Assembly: GCA_024137785.1 (NCBI GenBank)
Contig: JAHRHZ010000018.1
Coordinates: forward strand, 62,001 to 126,000
Reading direction: 5' to 3'
DNA length: 64,000 nt
From: Ginglymostoma cirratum
Taxonomy: Eukaryota
Position 1 is the stretch's first letter. Every line of letters starts with the position of its first letter. The position numbers and the translations under genes are program-made. Positions 40,639 to 53,415 of the stretch are shown here, one piece after another. The notes beneath the pieces were generated by a model, which did no database searches, had not been told where the DNA came from, and worked only from the letters and a program-made list of their open reading frames with translations.

Positions 40639-43579
40639 GTATGTCCTATTTACCCTATAATAATCTGACACAGTAACTACTTCCACATGAATTTATTGGA
40701 GAGGAGAAAGCTTTAAGTTCCTCTGGTAAATAGAAAGCAGAGATCTCAATATAAACAGAGAACTGTTACCTTCTCTTCTTTTACTGACAGATAGAATAAA
40801 TTGTTTCTCCTTTTGGACCAGTTCCTCAATCTCAAACTCTTTCTTTTGTCTCCGTCTTTCTGCTTCTCCATCATGTTTGTTCTCAATGTTGTATTTAACA
40901 TTCTCCTGTCTCCATCTGGTTTAGTTACATTCATTCTTGGGACGTGACCATTACTGGTTGGGCCAGAGATAGTAAGAACTGCCGATGCTGGAGTCAGAGA
41001 TAACACAGCGTGGACCTGGAGGAGCACAGCAGGCCAGGCAGCATCAGAGGAACAGGAGAGCTGACGTTTTGAGTCAAGACCCTTCCTGAAACGTCAACTT
41101 TCCTGCTCCTCTGATTCTGCCTGGCCTGCTGTGCTTCTCTACTGGCTGGGCCAGCACTTGTTGTCCATCTCGAATGGTCCTCGACAAGCAATGTCTTCAC
41201 CCAGAGAGTGGGGCCCCTGTGAAATTCTCTGCCACAGGAAGCAGTTGAGGTCAAAACATTGAATGTTTTCAAGGGGGAGTTGGTTTTGAGGGCTAAAGGG
41301 ATCAAAGAGCTTGGGGAAAAAGCAGGAACAGGGGACTAAGTTTGAAGATCAGCCATGATTATGTCGAAAGGAAGTGCAGATGCAATGGGCCAAATGGCCT
41401 GCTCCTGTTCCTATTTTCTATGTTTTGAGAAGGTGATGGTGAGCTGCCTTCCTGACCTGCTGTAGTCCATTTGGTCTTGGGACATCTGACCCAGTGACAC
41501 TGAAGGAACGATGGTGATATATTTCCAAGTCCGGATGGTGAGTGCTTTGGAGGGAAACTTGAAGGAGATGGAGCCCCATATATCTGCTATCCTTGTCCTT
41601 CCAGATGGGAGAGGTTGTGGGTGCACGGCTAGTATTAGAGGAGCCTTGGTGAGCTACTGAAAGGCTTCTTGTAGATGGTACATGCTGTGCATTGGTGTTA
41701 GAACATAGAACTTAGAACATAGAACATTACAACGCAGTACAGGCCCTTCGGCCCTCGATGTTGCACCAACCTGTGAAACTAATCTGAAGCCCATATAACC
41801 TACACTATTCCCTTATCATCCATATGTTTATCCAACGACCATTTAAATGCCCTTAAAGTTGGAAAGAGCGTGTTAAAGGGAGTGAATGTTGAATGTGTTT
41901 GTTGTGGTGCCAATCAAGCAGGCTGCTTTGTCCTGGATAGCGTGAAGCTTCTTGTGTGTTTTTGGAGCTGCACCCATCCCAGGCAAGTGGATCCATCATC
42001 CTCCCGATTTCTGCTTTGTCAATAGCTGGCAGGCAGTTGTGTGAGTCAGAGTGTGAGTTACTCATCTCAACCTGCTCTTGTGGCCACAGCATTTATTACA
42101 CTGTTCCTGTTAATGAACAGGTCAATGGGGGCTCCCAGGATGTTGTTCATCAGGGGACTTTTTTCCTTATTTTCTGATGAAATGTGGGCATCGTTGGCAA
42201 GGCCAGTATTTGTTCCTCTTCCCTAATTGCCCTCAAACTGAGTCACTTGCCTGGTCATTTGAGAGGGCAAAATGAACAAAGCAAATTGCACTGGGTCTGG
42301 AGTTACATGTAGGCCAGGCCAGGTAAGGACAGGAGATTTCCTTCCTTGAGGGACACTAGTGAACCAGACGGGTTTTTACAACAATTGATGAGAAAATTTG
42401 GAATTAAGGTGACATGTTTCCAGCTCACAGTTAGCTTGGAATTGTGTATGATTGTGTCATACCTGGTTTGCAACTAAATTCAGCAAAGAGGCAGAAGTTT
42501 GGTGCCTTGTTTGGGAGAAGCTGTTGCCCATGAGAAGTCTGGGTGGAATAATAAGTGACTCTGTAATTACCTACCGCTGTGTTCTTGTAGTGAAGAGTCC
42601 AGTACCAAGGCTGTACACAGTAATGTTTTCTCAACGTTACTCCATCAGCCTGTATTTATCATTAATAATAGAGATTTGAGACTTTAACAGAATGAAAAGG
42701 GATTAGTTTTACAGAATTTTATTGCATTCCATAGACATTCACTCTCATGAACCAGTTCCACATAAAACCTGGATCTGTATCTCGATGTCATTCAAACTAA
42801 ATGTTAAATTGGGCTCCAGTGTACCTCATTAAGATGTGAATAATTTATCCTGGAAATTTCAAACTCTCAGGATTTGCCACAACACTCTGCAGCTCCTGTT
42901 CTGCTCAATAACACTCCTGCCTCCACCTCTAATGTCCTTGCCCTGAGCTAAACCCTTTCTCAATCCCGCCCTGGTTACTCCCCTTCTTATGAGCCTCATT
43001 CATTCTCTTAGTCCAAGAGACACAGACAGAGGATCATAGGAACAGGAGTAAGCCTTTCAGTCCATCAAGCCTGCTCCTCCACTCAGTTAAATATGGATGA
43101 TCTGATTTTAATCTCAATTCTGCATTCCTACAAACCCTATTAATCTTTCACCCCATGCGTAATCAAAAATCTACCTCTCTCATCCTGAAAAACATTTAAA
43201 GATTCAATACCACTGCCTTTTGATGAAGAAAATTCCAAAGACACACAATCCTCTGAGAAAAAACATTTCCTCATCTCTGTCTTTAATGTGCATGTCCTTA
43301 TTTTTAAACTCTGCCCCCTAGTTCTGGACTCTCCCACAAGGGGAGCCATCCTTTCCACATCCACCCGATCAAGTCCCTTCAGGATATCTTTCAATGAAGT
43401 CCCCTCTGAGTTCAATGAGATCCAGAGTGAATACATCTGGAATAACTGTTTGCAGCTCAAGAAAGTTCAGACCCGAGTAGAAGAGATGGATTCAGAGCTG
43501 CAGACATTGTGTCACATCAGGGAAGGGGAAAGTTCCCTGGAAACCTTCCTCCAGAATGTGCGCACACTCCTTGGATTAG

Positions 43580-45286
43580 CCACGATGTGGAGGTGCCGGT
43601 GTTGGACCAGGTCAGAAATCACATGACACCAAGTTATAGTCCAACACATTTATTTGAAAACACAAGCTCCTTCTTCAGGATTAGTGAGAGGGGTATTATC
43701 AGACACGGAATTTATAAATAAACCAAAGGGTCACACCACTGATGAGGATGCACTAAACGAACCGAAGATGCTGTTACATCTTTATCAGTTAGAAGATTTT
43801 AATTGATTAATATGTATATGTAAACCCCCAAATTTCTTTCAAGTCACTCTCCTGAGAGAACTAAAGGTTTTAATAGAGTAAAGAATAGGTGATATTTTAG
43901 GTCAGACAATGCGCGTTAGGTGTTTAGAATCTGCTTGTGTTTTAGTTTGGAGTCAGACTGGTTTTATTTCAATACCACAACTGTCGATTTCCAAAAGCCA
44001 TTCTACAACTCCTCCACTTCATCCTCAGCCACAATTTCTTCACCTTCGACAACCAGTTCTTCATCCAGACATATGGAACAGTCATGGGGACCAGATTTGC
44101 ACCCCAATATGTTGACATTTTCATGCACAGGTTTGAAGAAGGCTTCTTTGCTGCCCAGAACCTCCGACCAATGTTATACAACAGATACATTGACGACATT
44201 TTCTTCCTTTAGACTCATGGTGAGGAATCACTGAAACAACTTCATTGCAATATCAACAAGTTTCATCCCACCATCAGACTTACCAAGGACTACTCTTTAG
44301 AATCTGTCTCATTCTTGGATACACACATCTCCATCAGAGACAGACACCTCAAAACATCACTCTACCGCAAAATTATGGATAACCTCACAAAGCTTCACTT
44401 CTCTAGCTTCCACCCTAAAGATATTAAAAAATCCCTCCCTTACAGACAAGCCCTATGCATTCACAGAATCTGTTCAGATGAAGAGGAACATGCTGGACAC
44501 CTGAAGGTGTTGAAGGACACCCTCATTGGAACAGAATATGATGCTCAACTCGTCGATTGCCAGTTCCGACATGCCACAGCGAAAATCCATAATGACCTCC
44601 TCAGAAGACAGAGATGGTATACGTCCCATTGTGTTCCATTCGTCATCCAGTATTTCCCGGGAACGGAGAAACTATACCATGTTCTTCACAGCCTTCCACA
44701 CAATATTGATGACAATGAGCACCTTGCCAAGATCTTCCGCATACCTCCACTTCTTGCCTTCAAACAACCGTCAAACCTTAAACAGGCTATTGTTCGCAGC
44801 AAACTACCCAGCCTTCAGGTCAACATCGACCGCAATACTATACAACCCTGTCATGGCAACCTCTGCAAGACATGTCAGATCTTCAACAGGGACACTACCA
44901 TCACACGTGGGAACACCAACCACCACGTGAATGGCAAATTCTCATGTGACTTGGCCAACATTTTCTATCTCGTTCACTGCAGGCAAGGATGCCCCGAGAC
45001 ATGGTATATTGATGAAACCATGTAGATGGTACAACAACGGATGAATGGACACCATGCAATGATCGCCAGGCAAGGGTGTTCACTCCCAGTGGAGGATCAC
45101 TTCAGCACTCAAAGGCATTTGGCCTCGGATATTTGGGTAAACATTCTCCATGGTGCACTTCAGGATACAAAACAATGCAGAATCTCTGAGCAGAGGCTGA
45201 TAACCAAGTTCAGTACCCAAGAGGAAGGCCTCAACCGTGATCTTGGGTTAATGTCGCGCAACAAGTGACCCCCCACACTTTACACT

Positions 45287-45324
<38 letters not shown>

Positions 45325-45818
45325 TAAATCTATGGGGTGAATTTGTATTTGTAGATACATTCTATTTTGTTCAAACAACACGCAATTTTTAGACAGTCAG
45401 TCAATGTGGCATTTTATAAATTCCTACTTTAGAAATAAAACTAGTCTGACTCCAAAGTAAAAAAAAATTAGATTCTAAACAAGTCCTCACCCTTAACATA
45501 TATTGTCTGAGCTAAAATCTCACCCATTCTTTACAATGATAAAACCTTTAGTTTTCTCAGGGCAATGACTTGAAAGGAATTCAGGGATTTACATATATGT
45601 ATCATTCAATTAAAACCTTCTAATTAATGAAAGATTTAACAAAATCTTAGCTTTGTTTAATACATCCTCATCAGCGGTGTGACCCTTTGATCTTTTACTT
45701 ATAAATTCTATGTCCGACACTACTCCTCTCACTAACACCTGAAGAAGGAGTGAGGCTCCAAAAGCTTGTGATTTCAGATAAACCTGTTGGATTATAAACA
45801 GTGTTGTGTTATTTCTGG
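43580..45818 (+). mobile_element. Second Neptune-type PLE family with inverted terminal (pLTR) copies
   Basis: RYIDDIF, TSLYRK..FSSFHP, PCHGNLCKTC, WYIDET; 43600-43970 is an inverted copy of 45450-45815; direct repeat CCTTGGATTAG at 43569-43579 and 45819-45829. Confidence 0.88.
45283..45320. repeat. (CA)n microsatellite in the PLE 3' region
   Basis: CACTCACATACACACACACACACACA... Confidence 0.95.
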
Positions 45819-46625
45819 CCTTGGATTAGGGAATTGGAGATTAATCATGAGTCAGGAACAGGAAGCTGTGACTGTAGTTGAGGGCATTGTGGGTTCTAGG
45901 CCTTTCTAATGGTGAGCCCAATGGAATAGCTTTATGTTTGGGTCTTGACATCAAACATTTCCAAACCCTGGAATGATGACCTGGGTCAGGAATGGAAGGG
46001 AAAGTCTGAGATTCTGAACAGAAAGTCTTCAGTTTTCCCATTGCTGACTCAATTCCAGGCAAGTGCCATCAAGGAATATCTGGACCAAAGAAAGAATCAA
46101 AGAATCACAGAAATGTTCCAGTGTAGAAGGAAACCATTCAGCCCACCCTATCTTCAATTCAGCATAATTCCCAACAGCCTAATGTCCTGCTTTCTCCATA
46201 CAGCCTTGCATACTGTTAGGATACAGAATAGAATGTGACAGCAATGAATCTGAGAGGGCGTGGTCAGGGGGCAGAGATTGTAGGCTGGTTGAAACTTTTA
46301 ACTTTTTCCTCTCGGTTTTCAGTGAAAATGAAATGTTTTAAATGGCTGCTCGATCTCTTCCAATCAGTCAGCTGAGCACTTTGTGAAATTCACCTCTTGA
46401 TAGTTTATTCTGTGGCAAGATCCAGCACAAACTGAATCAAAGCAGCAAATTGGAAAGTTTTCAGCTGATGGATATATTTCAAATCATTTCCTCTCAAATT
46501 ACAAACTGCAATATCCACACAGGAAGCTTCAGTTGATCCTCTGCAAATCATCATTTAACCAGGAGGAGATTTTATAAATTATTACAATTCAAGTTACATC
46601 ATTTTTTTCTCTTCGAAATGAACAG

Positions 46626-46963
46626 ATCCATTGGCTGATCCAGTCCTTATTCTGTATCCAGTGGTCAGCAAGGTACCAGAGGGTGAAATTGTCGAGTTCC
46701 AGTGTGCCATGTACAATGCCAGTGTGATTGACACTGATGTACACTGCGACCTGGCAGCAACAGGGAGTGGGTGATAAGCCAGTTTGTGAATGGCACCCTC
46801 ACCAAGGCACAGGGTTTCCACGATCATGTTCATGTTTCCAGGAACGTCGGCAGGAACAGTTACATTCTGAGCCTTGTGAATGTGACTCTCAATGATAGTG
46901 CTGTGTACCGCTGCAGTGTGTGGAGCTACATCTATGGAGCAGGGAGCTAGCTCAATGTAACTG
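46626..46963 (+). pseudogene. Divergent VJ-type Ig V exon (second, membrane-proximal domain), disabled
   Basis: Acceptor GAACAG|, donor |GTAAGG, phase 1-1; PLADPVLILYPVVSKVPEGEIVEFQCAMYNASVIDTDVH, frameshifting deletion at the Trp, RPGSNREWVISQF..HVSRNVGRNSYILSLVNVTLNDSAVYRCSVWSYIYGAGS*LNVT. Confidence 0.9.
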
Positions 46964-47414
46964 GTAAGGCAATGGGAGGGAATGCTGGTGTGAACAGGGA
47001 AGGGAGAACATGGCTGCTGTGCTTGATCAGTGGAAAGGCCAGGTATTCATCAAGGCCAGGTATTCCCAAGGCAGTCTGGGGAGTGGCTTGGAGGGGAACT
47101 TGCTAGGGATGGTATTCCCATGTATCTACTGCCCTGATCCTTCTGGATGGAGGAGATCATGGGCTTGGAAGGTGCTGACTGAGGAACTTTGGAGAATTTT
47201 TGCAGTGGAACTTGTAGGTAGGAAATGGTAGTGAGTCCGTGGTGGTGGGAGTGGATGCTTGTGGCTGTAGTGGCCATTGCTGCTTCTTGTTTTGTCCTGG
47301 AAGATGTCAAGCTTCTTGAGTGTTGTTGGAGCAGCACGTTCCAGACAAGTGGGGAGTATTCCATCACACCCCTGACGCATGCCTTGTAGATATTGGATGG
47401 GCTTTGGGGAGTCC

Positions 47415-49085
47415 ATCTCGGCCTCCTCCAGTGGTCCCCAGCATTACAGATACCAGTCTTCAGCCAATTTGATTCACTCCACATGATATCAAAAAATGGT
47501 TGGTGACACTGAATACTGCAAAGGCTACGGGCCCTGACAACATTCCGGCAATAGCACTGAAGACTTGTGCTTCAGATCTTGCTGCTCTCCTAAGCCAAGC
47601 TGTTCCAGTACAGTTACACACTGGTATCTACCCGACAATGTGGAAAATTGCCCAAGTATTTCCTGTGCACAAAAAGAAGGACAAATTCAACTCGGCCAAT
47701 TACAGTCCCATCAGTCTCCTCTCGATCATCAGTAAAGTGATGGAAAATGTCATCAACAGTGCTATCAAGCAGCACCTGCTCAGAAATAACCTGCTCAGTG
47801 ATGCCTAGTTTGAGCTCCGCCAGGGCCACTCAGCTCCTGATCTCATTACAACCTTGGTCCAAACATGGATAAAAGAGCTGAATTCCAGAGATGAGGTGAG
47901 AGTGACAGCCCTTGATATCAAGGCTGCATTTGACCAAGTGTGGCATCAAGGAGCCCTGGAAAAACTGGAAGCAATGGGTGTCAGGGGGCAAACGTTCCGG
48001 TGGTTGGAGTCATACCTGACACATAGGAAGATGGTTGTGGTTGTGGAAGGTCAATCTTCCCAGCTCCAGGACATCTCTGCAGGAGTTCCTCAGGGTAGTG
48101 TCCTAGGCCCAACCATCTTCAGCTGCTTCAGCAATGACCTTCCCTCCATTATAAGGTCAGAAGTGGGGATGTTCGCCAATGATTGCACAATGTTCAGCAC
48201 CATTCGTGACTCCTCAGGTACTGAAGCAGTCCATGTTCACATGCAACAAGATCTGGACAACATCCAGGCTTGGGCTGACAAGTGGCAAGTGACATTCTGC
48301 CACACAAATGCCAGGCTATGACCATCACCAATAAGAGACAATCTAACCACTGCCTATTGACATTCAATGGTGTTACCATCACTGAATCCCCCACTATCAA
48401 CATCCTGGGGGTTATAATTGACCAGAGACTCAACTGGACTCACCACATTAACAGAGAGGCTACAAGAGGAAGCCAGAATCTGGGAATACTGCAGAGAATA
48501 ACTCACCTCCTGACTCCTCAAAGCCTGTCCACCATCTACAAGGCACAAGTCAGAAGTGTGATGAAAGACTCCCCACTTGCCTGGATGAGTGCAGCCCCAA
48601 CAACACTCAAGAAGCTTGACACCATCCAGGACAAAGCAGCCCACTTGATTGGCACTACATCCACAAGCATCCACTCCCTCCACCACCCTCATGCATCCAC
48701 CACCGATGCTCAGTAGCAGCAGTGTGTACTATTTACAAGGTGCACTGCAGAAATTCACCAAGATCCTCAGGCAGCACCTTCCAAACCCACGACCACTTCC
48801 TTCAAGAAAGACAAGGGCAGCAGATATATGGGAACACAATCACCTCCAAGTTCCTCTCCAAGTCACTCACCATCCAGACTTGGAAATATATTGCTGCTCC
48901 TTCACTGTTGATGGGTCAAAAACCCGGAGTTCCCTCCCTAATAGCATTGTGGATCAACCCACAGCAGGTGGACTGCAGAGGTTCAAAAAGGCAGCTCACC
49001 ACCACCTTCTCAAGGGCAACTAGGGATGGGCAAGAAATGCTGGCCAGCCAGCAATGCCCACATCCCACAAATGAATAAAGAATAA
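47415..49085 (+). mobile_element. Non-LTR LINE of the CR1/L2 group, distinct from HER1, 5'-truncated; an opposite-strand fragment of the same family lies at ~47050-47415
   Basis: KATGPDNIP, NYSPISLLSIISKVME, LDIKAAFDQVWH, GVPQGSVLGP, MFANDCT; frameshifts; GAATAAA tail. Confidence 0.9.
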
Positions 49086-49231
49086 AGAGCCAGGTGGAGA
49101 GTTACTACCCTGAGGAGCCCAAGACTTGAGGTTATTAATAACCTTGGACATTGCTCAGATTGAAGCAACTGTGTGTCTAACATTCTGATATGTTAGTGAA
49201 AAATCTTCCCACAATATTCCCTGGATTTCAG

Positions 49232-50702
49232 ACCCCATTTTAATGTTTGGCATCAAATCCCTTCAAAATCCCTCAAGGACATAAGAAAAGATGATGACGA
49301 GACCACGGTGTCATTTGATGTTACCACCCTATTCACATTGATTGACAAACCACTAGCAAGAGAAACACTGACAATACGACTAAAAGAATGACACCATCTC
49401 CATAGACAACATGCTGAAACTACTGGACCTATACCTCATGACCCACTTTAACTTTAACAGCCAAATCTACAAACAGATCAATGGGACACACAAGGGGTCA
49501 ATTACCTCTGGACTAATAGCAGAAGCAGTGCTGCAGAGACTCAAAGGCATGGCCCTTCCTCAAATCCAACCCAAACTATGATCCAATATGTGGTCAACAC
49601 TTTCATCGTCATCAAATGGGCTAAACCAGAGGAGACGCACCAACCAATAAACAACACTCTCACTGCATCAGATTCACCAGGGAAGAGGAAAAGAACAAAC
49701 AGATCACATTCCTGCACGTCATGGTAGAACACAGGGCCAACAGGGAATTCCTGATGAAGGTACCCAGGAAAGCCACACTCACTGACCAAGTACTGAATTT
49801 CAACAGTAACCATCCCAGCACCCATAAACAAAGTTGCATGAAAACACTATTTAAATGAGCAACAACACAATGTAGCAACCCAGAACCACACCAAAAAGAA
49901 GAAGAATACCTCCACCAAGTATTTAAGGACAATGCATACCCGAACAACTGGATCCGATGATGCCTATCACACAAACAACAACAGGAAGGTACTGCACTCC
50001 CGAACACACTCATCACACGACTATACATCAAGAACATATCCAAACTGACCACAAGACTCCTACGACCATTGGGCATCAGAGTAGCACACAAACATACATC
50101 AACCCTAACTCGAACCAAAGACCCCTTACCCACTATGGTCAGAACCAACGTAATACACAAAATTCCATGCAAGGACTGCGACAAACATTACATTGGACAG
50201 ACAGGAAGAAAATTGGCCACAAGAATACATGAACACCAACTAGCAACGAAAAGACATGACCAATACTCATTCACACGGATAAGGAGAAACACCAGTTCGA
50301 TTGGGACAACATCAGGATCCTAGGACAGGCCAAACAGAGACAAGCACAGGAATTCCTAGAGGCCTGGTTCTCCACCAAGAAGGCCATCAACAAAGACATA
50401 GAACTAGACCCTATATATGCACCACTGCGAAGGAAAACCGGAAATGAGGTAATCAAATCCAATGGATCCCAGAGTTAATATACCAGGCGGGAAAACACAA
50501 CAGTGCTTCATCGGAGGTTGCACTAATGATGAGACCCAGCAGGGGAATGAAACGCCTTCAAAGTAATGAACCAGCTCAGTAAGCGAACCAACCACAGCAT
50601 TGACACCATTCTGGGCTTCATTGTCTTGATCTGTATTGTCCTATGCATAGTCTTCCTTCATAAACCAAAGCTGTGCTCAACAGTAAAGGACTCCACGCAA
50701 GG
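49232..50702 (+). pseudogene. Transmembrane exon of the + strand receptor, split by a PLE insertion (exon parts 49232-49253 and 50601-50702)
   Basis: Acceptor GATTTCAG| (phase 1); removing the insert gives DPILMFGIDTILGFIVLICIVLCIVFLHKPKLCSTVKDSTQ, then donor GG|GTAAAT (alternative ACA|GTAAAG). Confidence 0.75.
49254..50596 (+). mobile_element. Poseidon-type PLE, 5'-truncated and degenerate
   Basis: DDETTVSFDVTTLFT and NVIHKIPCKDCDKHYIGQTGRK; terminus homologous to 20700-20846; GCAT on both sides. Confidence 0.9.
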
Positions 50703-53415
50703 GTAAATGGCATTTCATCTTGTGTTTGATTCTGTCACTGGCATTTGTTTTTAGTGAGTGCTGGTATTCCCACTGTAGCGTACTGATGCATAGTAAATGG
50801 TGGATCGGAGATTGTTGAGACCATCCCACACGTCCAGATGCCCAATTGTTGCCAGTTTGCTCCACCTCTGGTATCACACATTCTCCAGTGTCAGGCCACA
50901 GGGACCTGCTGGTGACAGTCAGAAATCTTTGAGTGGGTCAAGCATTAGACATCACCTGCAGGATCCCCAGTAGATACCAGATCATTACCCATCGAGCCCA
51001 GTGTCAGGGTCTGCCTTATGCTGGTGGCTCACTGGCAGCACAACACCTCCTGCTGGGAAGACCAAGGGAGTGCCAGACCACTCAGCCCAACAGTCTGTGC
51101 TGGCCTTTCACTTTCACATCAGCAGAAAACTCAAATCACATTTCTCCGCCCTGTTCCCCCATCCATTCAGTCCTCTTTATCCTCAGACTGCTCGCTAATC
51201 GAATCTTGAATGTTGGCATTGATTCTCCAGCTGCCATTAATCTGGAGTGACTCCCAGACCCTCCTCACTCTCTGGGTGATAAGATTTCCCGAGCTTCTGG
51301 ACTCAATCTTTTTAGTTGTATTTTGTATGCATGATCCCTCATTTTCATCCCCTCAGTAATCTGTTTCCATCTTGTTTATTGCACATTTAAAAGTTTATAA
51401 AACTTTGATCATAGCCCTGCAGTCTGGGTCCTTCCTGTAGTATAAAGTCATTCTGATGTCAATCTTTGTGATTGCTTTTGCTGTATCAGGGGTGGATCCC
51501 AATGAGTTGTTGACCATAAGAAATAGGAATAGGAGTAAGCCATTCATCCCTTAAAGCCTCCTTTGCCATCCAATAAGATCATGGCTGATCTGACATTCCT
51601 CGCGTCACATTCCCATCTTTCTCTATAACCCTAGAATCCCCAACTGATCAAGAACCTATTGATCTCCATCTCAAAAGCACAAGGAGTCTGACCCATAGTT
51701 CTCTATGTCAAGGAGTTCCAAACACTCACAACCATCTGAGAGAAGAAATTCCTCTTCATTTCTGTTTTAAATTGGTGCCACTTAATTCTGAACTGTGCCC
51801 TCTGGTCCCAGACTGTCCCATGAGGGGAAACATCCTCTCAGCATTTACCCTGTCAAGCCCCTTAAGAATCCTTTGGATTTCAGTGAGAGCACCTCTCATT
51901 CTTTTAAACTCCAGTGAGTAGAGTCCCAACCTGTTTATCCTTTGCTCATAAAACAACCCTTCCATATGGGGGATCATCCAAGTGAACCTTCTCTAAACTG
52001 CCTCTGTTAAATAATATATTTTCTTATATAAGGGACCAAAACTGCTGTCCACACTGCAGATGTGCAGTTCACTGCCTCACTCTTCACAGCTTCATGACCT
52101 TGAAGAGGAGGGCTCTCTCAGGAGGGCTGATGGAATGCTCACTCTGAGTAAAGTACTCACAGACAGAGACAATCTTAGCAGGTATTCAAAAGATAAAGAA
52201 TATTGCTTCCTCCTGATGCTGTAATTGGAACCTTTGACTTTGTGAAGACTGTATGCATCTAGCGGTGAATGTAAACCCAACAGGAGTTAAAGTATTGTCC
52301 AAGCACAGGGAGCCCAATGGAAACCTGTATACAGCTGAGTCTACAGTGTGGAGCTGGAGAAACACAGCAGGGCAGGCAGCATCAGAGGAGCAGGAAATTT
52401 GACGTTTCAGGTCAGGACCATTCTTCAGTCCGACCCGAAGCGTGAACTTTCCTGCTCCTCTGATGCTGCCTGGCCTGCTGTGTTCCTTCAGCTCCACACT
52501 GTGTTATCTCTGACTCCAGCGTCTGCAGTTCTTGCAATTCCGGCTGAGTCAAGCTGCTTTTATCCATGACCCTCCAGCACAGGCTGCGGTGCCTTATTAC
52601 TGAGAGAGACACTCAAACAGAATTGAAATGTTTCTGATTCGCCATGAGCTCTGTGTTCTTGTGGCACCGATATCAGTCTCTGCTGTGTCTCCAAATGTGA
52701 CAGTTACTTTCATATATATCATGGGATGTGGCCATCAGTGGTTGGGCCCAGTAGTTATTGCCCATCCCTAGCTGCCCTGGAGAATGTGATAATGAGCTGC
52801 CTTCTTGAACCTGCAGTCCGGTGCACATGCTGTATTTATTGAGTTGGGATGGAATGTCTCCAATCATCAGCTCCGAACACAAGCTGCAGAATGGGGTCTT
52901 GATTAGGAACCAGACACTTATGAAATAACCTTGTCCCCAGACAATGCCCCTTTTGCCCAATTCTCCCTGATGGAACAGTCTTTCTGAACCTCTGGGATAA
53001 GAGAGATAAAAATCAATTCCACCTGGAAACACTTGTTAAATGACAAGTTTATTGATGTTAAAATGAGAGAGCAATTTACACACGACTCGAGTTTGAAGCT
53101 TGCCTAAATCAGAAACAAATGTCAGCTCACTTTCTGAAAGACTGAGGGCTAATCTTTCATTACTCTCACTTTTAGCTGGTTCTTGTTCCATTGTGGAGAA
53201 ATTATTGGGAAATGATTCGGTTTATTGTTATTTTTCAGTCAACCTGTTCTGACGCCCTCTGGAGCAGTTGGGACTTGAACCGAGTCAATCTGTCTCAGAG
53301 GTAGAGACACTGCCCCTTCGCAGAGAGACCCCTCAATAATCAAACCTGGACTTGAACTCGAAATTTTCAGATCACATCACAAACCAGAGCAAAGTCAGAA
53401 ACCCACTTACTGGTA

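Noticed and set aside
46468-46522. MDIFQIISSQITNCNIHT as a private leader for the 46626 V exon
   Set aside because: It is weakly hydrophobic, has no GT donor and shows no similarity to the two recognised leaders.
5140-46963. Conventional rearranging IgL/TCR locus
   Set aside because: No RSS, no separate J segments and no C1 exon were seen; the V exons lead to a TM/ITIM tail.
47050-47415. Twin-priming 5' inversion of the adjacent LINE
   Set aside because: The inverted piece duplicates the LINE's own 3' region and is more decayed; it is better explained as a separate older copy.
52090-52147. Possible extra cytoplasmic exon (CTTCACAG|...|GTAAAG)
   Set aside because: It has no motif or paralog support, and the model already chains in frame without it.
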